A stretch of DNA of 64,000 bases, from assembly GCF_902459465.1 (NCBI RefSeq), contig NC_047081.1, forward strand, positions 11,284,001-11,348,000. Reading direction: 5' to 3'. Numbering within the stretch: position 1 is the first letter of the stretch; each line of letters starts with the position of its first letter. The DNA is from Asterias rubens. Lineage: Eukaryota. Below the pieces are notes generated by a model. The model was not told the origin of the DNA. It did no database searches and saw nothing but the letters and a program-made list of their open reading frames with translations. Positions 10,849 to 23,939 of this stretch are shown in pieces. Position numbers and translations under genes: made by a program.

Positions 10849-13800
10849 TGAAGCTCTGACTGAGACGACCCTGAATAACAGGAATACCGGAGCTCACACT
10901 GATGGCGGTCTGTGAAACGATTACGGTGCCTAGAGAGAAAAAGAAGGAGTGTTACCAGACCGTAAATATAGCATGCCTGTTTCCACTAACTACAATCATT
11001 TGTAGTGTATTTAAAGTGAGGCTGGTGGGAAAATAAGTCTGGTGCCATATATTAATATGTAAGCTTTCAGGTAAAAGCTTCAATGATCAACCTTATTTTA
11101 TTTTTTTCCCCTGCATTTTTTAAAGGGTGACATTAGTTTTTTGTTTCTTTTTCAGACAGTTCTTTTAAATGATTTATCTCACCAGTGAAAAATTACAAAT
11201 ATACCCAGTGAATGCAAAGCTGATCACTATGGTCGAAGGACAACACTTTTTTTATATTTTGTTATAAAACAACAACACTGTAAATAAATCATCCATTTAA
11301 TAACGAGGGTAAATGCCTACCTATTTCACAGTTGACTCCGCTGAAGTCTAGGAGACAGGTGCACTGGTACCCATTGGTCCCAGTGCTGCCGATTCTATTA
11401 CAAAAACCCCCATTTTGACATGGATTAACCCAACAAGGATCAGGATCTAAAGTTTTAGTAAAAAAAACAAAAAAACATGGAGTTTAATTATAGGCGCACA
11501 GGTGACCCATTCAATAGTGCCAATCACTAGTATCATTTGTCAAATAATCTTGAGGCACAATTCAGGACCAATTCCATTTCACGAGCCGAAGCCATGTTAA
11601 ATGAAAAAGATCCAGATTTTATCGAGTGAGTAAAATGCATAAATTATTAACTGTTTTTATTATAACACATAGATCTTTAAAATTTGATTTTGTTTTTCAC
11701 AATGAAGTTATAAACTAAAAATATACACTGAAGCGTGTCGTTCTTGTTAGTGTTACTCTCATTACAATACATACAATATGGTAACAAATGTGAAACCAGA
11801 GGTGAAACATCACATTTTTAATGAATATTTAAAACACTTTTAAAAAAGAGACGTTGTGCAAAGCACTGTGACTAGGCAGAAATGCATACTATCTGAATTG
11901 TGTTCACTGTAAATATACAGTGTAACACACTCGCACTACATAATAAGGTTTATCAAGATTCAGAACCGCAGTGCTTTGTGGGAAGGCATATGGGGCAGTT
12001 TGCTATGCGATGTATGTTGTCGTGCACGACTCGCGCCAGATCGCCTATATCTTTGTGGAAATTGTGCGGGTTCAACAGCCCCCTCTTTTGATATTTTGCT
12101 ATTGGCGATAAACCTTATGAGCTCAGGAAGAACCAGTGCGTCCCCAATCATGCCTATAATTTTGGGCTGGGTCTCATTAATATCAATTTTGAAAGAATGA
12201 AAAAAAATACAGAACTTTTGCCCCCACCAAAGCTTTAGCCCAGTAATAATATATTGTCGGCCTCCAACAATTTATGGGTCTACCCTTATCACTGATAATA
12301 TCAGTTAACCATGTTTACAAGAATGTTGAGCGGGAGGATAACATTTAAATTGATTTCAAGGTTGCATAGTTATTATCATAACTGGGGCAGGGGATTTTAC
12401 ACACTGAGTGCACACAAGTGCCGTCATCTTCATCAAACGGAAACATTGTTTTTAGAGAAAGTATTTGTTGGTGACTTACCGGCTTCATATCTGATTGAAA
12501 AGCCTCCACTTGGAACATTGAAGTCTGTATACCAGTACAACACTACCTGGTTAGTGTTGAATGTTTGTGGAGCGATTTGGTCAGTTCCAATATACGTCCT
12601 AAAAAGCACAAGAAAATACAAATGTGTCAAGTTTTAGCAGCCGACATCCAGCAAAAAAAAACTAATGTTCAATAACAGCGCCCTCTGTTGACCTCTGTCA
12701 ACAGAAATCGTTCCTCTGTCTGTCTGCTCTGGCCTATGTCACTCTGTTTAGTTTGAAGCACAGTCACATAATTATTTTTTGTCGGCAATTATTATTAATT
12801 TGAGTGCAAAATAATCAATTATGCTCTCTTGACAGCAGACAATGAGTGTAGTCTTTTTAGCAGGTTGTGTGTTTTGTCATCTTCATACAAAATATAAAAT
12901 GGAAAGCTTATTTTCCCCCAATATTAAATATTGTTTTGTTTTGTTCTGCTTTTGTTAAGATCATCTTCCCATCAAGGAACTCGGCAGAAACTCCAGGGGA
13001 ATATAAACACCAAGATGGTAACAGCCAATCCCTCTCATACAACAAAGTTTATGATCATGTACGTCTATAATTATGAGTTGCACACAAGATAGGGATTCAT
13101 TCTACTGCGGCAAAACTTATTGTAGTCATTGTACAATCAAAAGGTTAGCTAGGTGAGGATTCGAACCCACAACCATTACAAGTCCTGCACCAATGGACAT
13201 ACAACAGAAGTGCGTTTTGGCGACCCCAACCAGAAACTTTGGTCATCGGTTGAGCGTTTTCGCGTGTTCGGTTGAGCGCGGTGACGATGCTGTTCAGACC
13301 AACCGACTTGCTGAGTTGGTTGGGCTTTGGTTGGGCTTTGGTTGGGGTCGCCAAAACGAACCCCTGGTGTCATTTAAATTTTAGCATGTCCTGTTATCAC
13401 GACCTTCGTGATCTTGAGTTTGTCAACTTGCTTGCTCACCGTAGATCTGATGATTGATCATTCACTGTGGTGCCAGGATAGATGATCAACCCATCTTTAT
13501 GATTCTCAGAAAGGAAGACGTCAAAGAAAAAAGTAATCGACTCGGCCGAAGGTATCCGAACGATGTAGAAACAGTCTTCGTTGTCATTCGGCGGCAGTGG
13601 GAAGTTTGTCGTGGTAATGACGCCAGAGTCACTGTAGAAATTACTGCCACACTCTTTAGCTGTATAAATAATTGTATTTTTATAATAAAAAAATTGAAGA
13701 GGTATTTTAACGCTGATTATCTCATAACAAACTAAACATTAACTTTGTTTTATTTGTTCCCTATATAGCTCTGTCAATGACGTAGTTTGACATATCGACA

Positions 13801-14858
13801 AGAGTTCATTTGATTGGGAACTCCGCCGCTAATTCGTCATGTCGTAACACTCGTCGTGAACAATCATTTTGAAAGAAAATTTATAAAAAGACAGTGTCAG
13901 AAAGGTGTTTAAGACTGGGATTTCAACTCAGAAACTGTCTTGAGTTTGTTCCCAAATTGTTGGGTAATATTGACACAGAATATGGGTGTCACTGAACCGA
14001 GTCATTGTGTTTTTATTTTGTCGTAGTAGAGTAAAAATATTTTGCTATTTTTATTATTGAACATTTTGGATGTTATTAATTACAGAGTGAAAATAATTTG
14101 CTAGATTGAACATTTTGAATGTAATAAAAAGTAAGTAATTTGCTAGATTGAACATTTTAAATATTTTAGTTTAAGGAAAAGGAGAAAGATGTCCTACGAA
14201 TTGACGGTGACAATCCCGGGAGTCTCTGCTCGCAGTTCTGTCCTTGCCAGCTTCCTTGGCACTCGCATATGTACCCCGGGTTGAGATAAGCCGGACGACA
14301 TATCGCACCGTTCAGACATAGCTGTTGTGACTGCTGGCAAGCTATTCAAAACAATAACAACAGTGGGAATCAAAGGTGTTAAAACAAAACATAACGCTGA
14401 TTGTTGTTCTTTATACACGTGACAATACCTACACCAATATTGTGCCATTTTTAACAACGGTTTTTTATCACAATTAAGAATAAATCAATCAAGATATTGT
14501 TATTATTATTTCAGAAATAGAAAAGATATTTTGATTATAATCCTGAGATAATCCATCTTGGAAAGTTGACATCCAAGAAGTCGACATCGTTAGATAAAGT
14601 AATGTGAACGTTTTTACTGTAGGATGTCGTCATCTTGATAAATCATCTCAGAATGTTGCCATCTTACGTTTATGACGTCATCATCGTACAGTATTATCTC
14701 AGAATCTCAAAAGAAAAATAGATGGCACTTGAACCTTTTCCCAAACAGATTGATAAAGTTGTCTTACGATTATTTTGAGCTTGTGAGGTACTCGTTGTGG
14801 CAAGAAGGATTCCAAGAAGCAGCCAAGAAAGCTGTTTGCGTAGTTGTCTCGTAGACAT
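10849..14858 (-). CDS. Second copy of the EGF-CUB mosaic gene, truncated at the gap (likely alternate haplotype)
   Basis: Exons 14768-14858 (signal peptide, MSTRQLRK vs MSTRPLRK in copy 1), 14198-14341 (EGF), 13440-13659 and 12480-12598 (CUB), 10849-10929 (partial module-1 exon cut by the gap). Confidence 0.75.
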
Positions 14859-17800
14859 GCTGGTGAGTAAGACACCGTCTACCTGTAAGGGGGGGGGGGG
14901 GGGCAAGAGGGAGTGGGTACATTCATTAAGAAGTTGTATTTTGAACACTGTTGTAATGGACAATCGGGTTGGCTAAAATTACGTTTTGGGTAACCATATA
15001 ATTAATGGCAATAAAAACATACTTTGTTACACAGCATCTTTCGATCTGTAAAGCATTTTGAGAATCATTTCCTTTTGAAGTAATGTAGATTGGAAAAATG
15101 GAAAAAATATCAGTTTTTATTCCCCAAACATTTCTCAGATTGTGTATTCCAGTATGGATTAATGTTCTTAAAGTGGAAAATAACCGCCCGGAATTTTCGG
15201 CGATATCGCAAAAACGCTTTGAAATGCAATTGTCACGGGTGTTATAGAATTCAAACAATACAACAATTTTAAAACCTTAAGGTACAATATTTGCCAGTTT
15301 GCCTAAGTGCCACATCTGCAAATCCCACTTTGGACCGAAGACTTGCGTGTGGATTGGGTTTTCAGTCCTGGTCACCAGAAACAAAAAGAGAATTCTACTA
15401 AAAGTAAAAATTCTTTCAGCGAAAACCGGGCCACGCGAATTTAAAAAAAATGCGCCAAGATCTGTTCGTAGTCGTGTCTAAAGTCGTTTCCACGAAGATT
15501 ATTCTAAACCAAACAAAATAAATTCCACACACTTTTTCAATTTTAAAGACAACGGACATTGACTTAAATAAAACAAAATGAGCTGCATGGTTTAAATTCT
15601 ATTTTATGGTTCTGTTTAGAATGTTTGTTTTAAACCGTGGACGGTTTGTGGTTTCCAAAGGCGACAGCGAAAGACTAGTCTAGAATGTCCAGTGTTAGAC
15701 CTTGACTCTACCTAAGTATAGAAACGTTCATCTCCGGCTATAATACGTTCAACAAATCTATCTGGGCTATCTAAACTTAAATACCCATCCTCAATCACAC
15801 AAACAAAGCAAGGTGGACGCAAGGCCATGCTAGACAATGGAGTTATTATTAGAGATGAATATGAAACCCATCCATGGGAAAATTTGTCACAAAAGAGAGA
15901 TGTTGAGATTGGGGGAGTTGTTTTGTAAAGTTGGATCTTCTGTTGCCCTTGGAGATGATAATTTTGATTGTGTTTTATGCGGGGATGGATTGAGATAGGT
16001 ACTGGAAAGCACTGTTTTTGAGTTTGATGTTTTTCTTTGTTGTTTTTATTTGTTTGGTAATGTGATGTAAGTGTTACTCATTATGACGGACATGCTACAA
16101 CTCTTTAGAGGAAATGAAATAAGTTTTTCTTTGAAAACGTCAGCACTGAATCATCACAAGGTTGAAATACTGTATATGGGGAAGAAACGTGGAAAAATGG
16201 TGTTTTAGTAAATATTGTTTGACCATTGACGTATGGTGCTGCCTCGAGACATTGTGTTTTGCTTTGTTTGGGGAAAATAATAAATAACAGAACGTATGGT
16301 CAACGTCACATGTTTACAGTGCGAATAAAAGTGGGTAATTAGGACAGACTCTTTGGTCAGCTATTTTTAATAGAGCTTCATCGACTTTAAGTTGGTGTAG
16401 CCATATTACTTTTCCCAGGCAAACCAATGTAACCAAACCGAGGCTGGGAGTAAAATAGTCTGGTCCCGTTGTGGTGTATTTGGTGTATGGTTGATATTGC
16501 CTTAATGAACCTTGAGACACGATAAAGTTTGTGCATGGCATGACCAATATTATTGGCAAGCTATTTTTAGTAGAAATTTATCCGTCATGCCCAGGCAAAC
16601 CAATTTAACCAAACCGAGACTGTAAGTAAAAATAGTCTGGTGCCGTTCGAAACTAATTCAAGTAAAAAATCATAAGTGAAACCAGGGTATAAACAATTAC
16701 AAAGAAATTAAACAAATTTTGTAAGAACATGTGTACCTCATTGTTGTGCGCAGTGAAATTGTGACTCCCAAAACAGACAAAATGATTATACGTTTGTACA
16801 AGAAGGGTTAACTTTATATCCCCTGAAGAAAGGTTTGACTCTCGTATTAGTGTGACGTTGTACAAGGGGTTAACTTTCTAAATCCACCAAAAGGACCAAC
16901 AAATCCTTTTTTGAATGGTTTAAACCTGAACAGTAGGGAATGCAAGGCATTCGGTCTGTCGACCAACCCATGTTTGCTTTAAAAGCAAATCTACTTTTCG
17001 CACCCACTGAAGCGTGGTCTCGATGAAAGGAACTGGGACGTACGTTTGTTGGAAATAAACACAAGCTACATTCCACTAGGCATTGAATTCAAAGCAAACT
17101 TGTCTGATTCAGTGAGTACTCAGTCTGAGTTGCTACTTTGAAGTCTCATTACTCTAATGGGTATAGACCCCGACTGTCACATTGTATACTCTGCCATGTT
17201 TGTCGTGTTCCAAGTGTTCGTAAGCAATACTGGAACCTGTATTTCTATTGAACATGAAAGGGTTCAGACTAATAATTTGTCGTCAAAACCTCGATGTGTT
17301 TTCAATGATGTTATAATTTATGACGTAATTGGTATTACATGTAATTGAACATTATAATGGGTAAAACCGAGTATGTTTTCGGAGACTTACAAACTGGTAT
17401 AGGAAAACTAAAAACTGTGATCAGGCACCCCATCATAATCGGAGTCCAACAGTTTGTGAGTGTTGGGTTTATGTCCAGCAAGGAAAACTTTATGTATCCT
17501 GCCACTCCCACTTTTCACCCATTTTTACCAAAAGGAACATCTCATTGGAGTAGTTTAGAGACAGAATATTTCAATTTATTTTATAACGAATGGAAAAGTA
17601 GTGGCAGGATACAGACACTTTCCCTAGTCCAGCAAACTCATTCTAGATATTTCTATTTAAGTATACATATCATTTTGGAACTTACATGAATGTGGATAAA
17701 TACAACAAAATTAATATATGAACATTTTATTTCGAAAGGTGGTAGTAAGTGTTTTTGAGATAATATTGCCGAAAATCTGGAGCGGTTATGTTCTAATTCG

Positions 17801-19928
17801 TAATATGATACACACAATTTGAGAAACCTCCCTGACTGAGAATTGTTTCTCAAAAATAAACTTGTATTTTTTTTCAAAACCACATTATTGAAGTCAAACG
17901 ATTCTAAATATGCATTGACGAGCAGAGTGTACAGTTCGAAACGTCGAGACCCAACCGGCTCTTTTCAGAGCCAACACTCACCCTAAGAGATTTACACATG
18001 GTTGTACTCGCAAGTTGACTATTTATTTGTATTTTCTTCTAACTACGTGTGTTTTTATTGGTATTAATTTGAAGAAAGATTTCCAAACACAATATATAAC
18101 TTCCCTATAAAAATACAAGTGTTCTTGAAATCATACTCCCCATCGCCATTCAAAAGCTAGGGTGAATAAAGGTCAACTCTGTGGAAAAATTCCACCTTCA
18201 AAATATAGTGAATAACAATAATCCAGTGTTCACAAAAAGGAACAACACGTCAAAAGAAAGTACGACGAGTGATGAATGGCTTCTGTTGTATATCCACAAA
18301 AGTGAAAAATAGACTTGACTTATGCATCTGTCATTTTTAAGAGGCCTATGTCTGCATGGCCAGTGATGGGCCAAATCTCACGGACACCTTTGATAATTAA
18401 TTGTCAAAGATCCAAGTATTCTTACTTCATTAAGTAGCAAATCGGTGAAAATTTTGGCTCAATTGGTCATCGAAGTTGCAAGAGAATCATGAAAGAAAAT
18501 TCACCCTTGTTGCACAAAATTGTATGTGATTTCAGATGCCTAAAAAAGGCTTCAGGCTTGAAGTCTTTTAATATTTGAGCGAGAAATTACCTCTTTCTTA
18601 GAAAAGTACGTTACTCTGAGGGAGCCGTTTCCAAAAATGTTGTATATAGGCCTACTATCAACAGCTCTCCATTGCTTGTTACCAAGTAAGTTCGTATGCT
18701 CACAAATTTTGAATAGTTAACAGTAGTGTCCAGTGTCTTTAGCACAACTAAGGACATCATAATTACGCTTAGAACAAAAGATTTGTGTGTTTTTTGCCCT
18801 CGTCCGATTGACCGTGATTAATTTGTGTTGCGATCGATTTGTCCCCCACCCACCCCAACAACAAAAGAGTAAATTCCAAAATACAATCTACAAAACTACA
18901 ATGTTTTTTTAATATTTTTTATTATTCATCATGTCAACTTGTGTACAATAATGTTGAAGCCTGCGTAAGACCAGTAGCTGTAGCTCATTGCACCTGTTTG
19001 AGCTACCCGTAGTTAACAAGTAACACCAGAAGCATAATAATAGGTGCCTGCATTATAACCGGGTTAAAATAAAGCCGAACACAGCAACCTGTATTACGCA
19101 GAAAATACACATTGCGCAAACCTGCTTGACGCAACATTGAAAGGGTTATGTTTTCCCATGAGTTGTTGTCACAGTTTGGTAAATGTGTCATACAAAGTGA
19201 GTAATGAAGAACAATATAAAGGGATTTCGTTTCTGGGGTGTTTTTCGAGCAGTTTGCTTTCAAGATTAAGGACAAATTCAGCAATGACATTCGTTTTACT
19301 CGTCATACAACAATGCACACCGGTTTTACTTTCATGTTAAAAACAATCATTTGATGTATATTCTCTTAACTCTTGGTTCTATATGGGCAGAAGCAATGGA
19401 ATCGACTTGCCAACAATCAGTGTTGGTTTTATTGATTCAATCATTGGTTTTAGTTGAAAAAGCCTAAGCAAAGCGGTAAGCCCAGAGTTAAAATTTCGAA
19501 ACGTGTTGAGTTTTGAGTCGGCCAATTATGCAAATTCTGGTGTTGGGGCGTTGGATGTGTTACTTTAATTTTAAAATAAAAGCCACCAGCAGTCCTGATA
19601 CTTCAAGGAGGCAACCATGCCCTTTGGTGCCCTTGAAATGCTCCAGTAGAAATTTCCTCATAGGGTGCCCTTTACCAAGGAGAACATGCATTGGCGCCCT
19701 TGCCCTTTCAAGAAGAACTCACAATTAGTTTAACTTTGAGTAATTGGCCATTCGTCTTCAGAATTTTGAGGCCCACAGCTTAAAAAGTGAAGAAACTAAA
19801 CAGGCATTTCAATAAAACCCCATTGTTCATTTTAGGTTAAATGGTTGGGATCAACCGTCCACCGTTATGGTCCAACAATGTTCCATGAAGGGATTTCTAA
19901 GTCAACTATTTTCTGAGTCACCAACAGT
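10849..19928. repeat. Copy B of ~9 kb near-identical segment (starts exactly at the gap edge)
   Basis: Colinear with 1304-10348; begins mid-exon at the first base after the Ns. Confidence 0.97.
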
Positions 19929-20261
19929 TTTTCTTTGAAAATGCGCAGTTTTACTCCAACAGTGACTCTCTTTATGCCAAAACCAGGCACTTCCAGCCAA
20001 AACTTTAAAAAAGGGATTCATTTGCTCATTATAGCATGTGGGTTTGATTTTTTATGAGATTTCGTCTGAAATATCACAAGGCCGGGCGGCCACTTTAGGT
20101 AAGAGTAAGAGCTGCACTTAACAGATTTCGGCCAAAATCAAAAACCTACTCTTGGGGCCAGCCCTTTACAGTCCATATGAATGTAGGCATAGGTCCGGAG
20201 CCTGGCTGATGGAGCACAGTGCACCATCTTCCCAACTTTTAACGAAACAATTGTTTACTTT

Positions 20262-20311
20262 TGAAGTAGCTTGCTCAAGGGCACAAGTGACATGACTGGG
20301 ATTCGAACCCA
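20262..20311 (-). mobile_element. tRNA-derived SINE fragment
   Basis: Reverse complement gggttcgaatcccagtcatgtcacttgtgcccttgagcaag: B-box followed by the core shared with the SINE copies at 39-43 kb. Confidence 0.65.
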
Positions 20312-20734
20312 ATCCAAAGATTATGGATTTGCAATTGATGATGGCATCGTGTTCTTTGCAATCATTTTACCGATCTATTGTATTATATAAACTGCCTGTA
20401 TTAATGCTTGACAACCGAGAAAAATCCTTTGTAATTATTCATGCTAAGCAAACAAAATCATGATCTTATTTTAAGTATTCCACTATGCATAAAACATTAT
20501 TGGACCCATACACAAATTAATCAGTCAAGACTAACGAAACTGAAGCAAAGCTGAGATGAGTACACAAAAGTCAAGTCGATGAACAGTTGTTCTGGCGAAA
20601 ACACACATACAGTTGCCCTAATCGTAAAACGCAGTCCCTTGACAAAAAAAATCGACCGTCGATTGCAAAATATATAATTATTTACAAATGGATTACCAAC
20701 CAAAGACGGTGCTATAAAAAAACCGATAGCTTTC

Positions 20735-20812
20735 AGGTTAGGTGTCTTGCCTCGACCTCCGTGACCCCGGTTCGAATCCCACTGGATGCACTATGTGGAA
20801 TGGGTTTTCCTT
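20735..20812 (+). mobile_element. tRNA-derived SINE fragment
   Basis: ggtgtcttgcctcgacctccgtgaccccggttcgaatccc..atgtggaatgggttttc: tRNA-like head with B-box, no complete cloverleaf. Confidence 0.55.
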
Positions 20813-21189
20813 GAACAATTCTTGGGTTTGCCTTACACATCTAAAACTGATATTTCCTCATTGTCTTCTCTCTTTTCGTTTAGCTCTAAATAAGAGCGTT
20901 GAGAATTTATCCAGATCAAGATACGATTTCTCATCTACGTTATGAACCTTTGTGAAAGCCCTTCTTCGTTCTATAGACAGATTGAATAATTAATCGATAC
21001 AAAGGGCTGTATATTTTTCTGAGAACTAGACAAGCGTCCATTGGGCAACAACTAATTTTATGACAACTCCCTGCGTTTTTAAAAGTAGAAATTTTCTCAG
21101 TTGGTTAAGGTTTCATTTCAATTAATTTATTCTGGTTGTGACGCCAAATACTCGCAGAAAAAGGCGACTTTATCACTGTATTGTCAAGA

Positions 21190-21560
21190 ACCCACTCTAG
21201 AGGATAAGGAAGGAAGTTTCAGTTTGAGTTGTGGGGGGAAAAAAACCCCGGGAGAATTATTCCAGTGAAACAAACGCAGTCAGGTGGGGACTGAAAAACC
21301 AAATCCATCGTAGTGCCCTGACGTGATTCGAACCAGGGGTCGATTTCACAAAGAGTAAGGACTCGTCTTATCTCGAGTTGGGACGAGTAACTCGTTCTAA
21401 CTTAGGATTAATCTTAAGGTCTGCATGCTACAGTGCAGGGTTGCGACTCGTCTCATGTCCTAAGATTTGTCTTAAAGTTAGGAAGAGTTTTGTGAAATCG
21501 AAGGCAGGTCGTTCATATAGATGGAGGGTGTATACAGATACTACTATGCCAACACGACCA
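21190..21560 (-). mobile_element. SINE interrupted by a nested MITE
   Basis: ttccagtgaaacaaacgcagtcaggtggggactgaaaaacc..gattcgaacc matches the SINE at ~35200-35310; the sequence resumes after 21507. Confidence 0.6.
21337..21504. mobile_element. PIF/Harbinger-like MITE with 3-bp CAG target-site duplication
   Basis: TIRs gggtcgatttcacaaa / tttgtgaaatcgaagg, flanked by cag (21334-21336) and cag (21505-21507). Family member at 58655-58777. Confidence 0.75.
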
Positions 21561-23939
21561 CACGGTTAGCATTTTTGGTTTCACATCTCTTAGCAGTTTG
21601 TCAGTAATTTAAACCACTACTTGTTTATATGGACGTTTACATGACCCAAAACAAGATCTCATTTTACCCATTGTTTTGTTGCTTTTGTTGGTCATTGATA
21701 AATCAAATTGTTCTGGTTTCAATGTTTCTCAAAAGTCGACATCAAAGTGGTCACTTCTGTAAACATGTGATGTGCTTTTCATTTTTAACAATAACATAAC
21801 TTTTAGTTATAAAAGTTATTACACTATGTTATTGATATAAGCAAATACAAAGTGTTTAATTATCTACTCACCAAATTTCACAAGTCCAATCACCAATTAA
21901 CCATTGACTCCAAGATGGATCCGTGATGCAATAACAATCAAATCAGAAAATGCTTAAAACTTTGGATGAATACAAATCCTGACGATGTTCGGTAATTTAC
22001 ATCATCAACATACAGTTGGGTGAACTCGTGTGTGGAAAACAGGGTTATCCAACACTAAAGTGTGGGATTATGTCATCTGACAGATCATGAAAGAAGACAA
22101 ACTCTCATGCGCCGATGACGATGTTGAAGTCTATCTTGGGAAAGCCTGAGTTAGACAATGCTGTTAAATCCATAAAGTCCCATATCTGTCTGTCCCCCTT
22201 GGTACCACCGCAAACTCTCTTCACCCGCTCGTGGGAAATTCACACTTTGGCGTTTCAGGATACCAAGGTCGCGTACCTAGGCTGGCGACGCGTATAAACG
22301 GTTGACAGATAGGGCTTGGTGCACGGTAGTTTTGTTTCTCCTGAACTTAGCCCACGTAAAAAACGTACATTATTACATGCTGAATAACCCAAGCCCGCTG
22401 ACATTGTGTTGTTGATATTGCTTTGCTACCTTTAGAGGCCTCCCATAACCCATTCAAGTCGACCCTTTTGATATCTGAAGCCCTGCCATTGTTCACCTTT
22501 AAATCCCGTCTTCACTATTCGAAACCAGTAGACCGTGATCGAATGAAAGGTGTGTTGTCATTGGTCTGTTTGGCACACCTGTACGTTACATAGGAACGCG
22601 CTTGGACCAATAGGCAGCGACGTTTCATAATAAGCGAAAGTTTTTCGCCTCCTTTTTAGGTAGGGGCGGACCTTTAACTCCATGAATAAAACACAACAAT
22701 TTCAATTCGTATGAAGTTTTCTCTGCAAAGAGACTCGCCTTATTATTTGTGGACAATATTTCAACTTGAAAATAATGCTCTCTTTCAGCAAATTCAAAAA
22801 CATAACAGAAAAGCTATCACAATTCAATTAAACATCTCTCCTTAGGGGCAGCGATTTCCCATGCAAATCAATGTAACAAAACTGAGACACAAGAGCAACA
22901 TTTAATGGAATCTCTTTCACTTTTTACGGAGAAAAGGTAGGACCAGGGTTGGACGGCATGCAAACATCAACAGAGGGCGCAACCTCAGTTTCGTACAGCA
23001 CTTGATATCTGTTATCCCGAATCATCATGTGGGGAGAGCTGGAAACCAACACTGGCCGAAAGTAACACTTGATGAAAGTAAAACTTGATGAAATAAAGGT
23101 TTTTGCAACCTCTATGTTTCTCGTGTTGTTCTGAAACTCGGCCTTTGTTGATCTTTCTTGTTTCTACCTGGTTTATTTTCTGTCTAACCTTATATTTTAA
23201 AAAGGGGGAAACCACCATTTGGGTGGTTTAGGGGTGAACAAATTATTTGTTTTCCCAAAATAAATCAGAGCTTATTAATTTTGGTTAACATAGTTATCCT
23301 TCATTGTTTGAAGGGTAGAAATACATCTTCAGTGCTGTTTGATAGAAAATATCGCGTCCTATTTTCAGTACAAGGCAAACAATGATATTATATCGCCAGT
23401 GGACACCATGTCTAAGCAGTAAAAAAATAACCTATATTTTTTATAGGAATACATAATCATGAAAAGCGTGATTAACAAACGCTGCCCTTTCACACTAGTT
23501 TTGTGTGTTTGGAGCCAAAAGTGCCCAGCTGGTTTTGTTTTGCCGAAAAGAAGCAAATTCGCCTTTTTTATTCCGAGAATAATTGAAATCAAATACAGGC
23601 CGAAAGTCAAACTTCTCTTAGAGGGAAGACCCTGCGATCTTCTATAATACAATACTATCAAAAAGGACCATGATAACTAACTAGGTAAGAGATCGGTTCA
23701 TTGGCTTTTGCTTACATACAGACCATGTATGCCACTTTTGGAAATGAAAAGTACTTTCATTATCGGTTTTAGTTTTCAACACTGGGAGCTTCCACTCTTC
23801 TGCAAGCCATATTAACACCCAGCTGCTTGTGCATGTCATTGTCAATGACACATTTCTTACTCACTAAACCTCGGGATTACTGGATTAAAAACATCTGTGT
23901 AAAGAACACATCTACCGCTAATTTATCAGCACGCTCACT

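Noticed and set aside
10287-10897. 190-aa ORFs on both strands in the ORF track
   Set aside because: They are open only because they run through the 500-N gap.
10849-14858. Genuine tandem paralog of the EGF-CUB gene
   Set aside because: Both ends of the duplication coincide exactly with the gap edges and divergence is allele-like, so an assembly overlap is more parsimonious. Not formally excluded without read depth.
21900-22280. LYVDDV motif on the minus strand resembling a reverse-transcriptase active site
   Set aside because: The surrounding frame has stops and none of the other RT motifs; likely chance.
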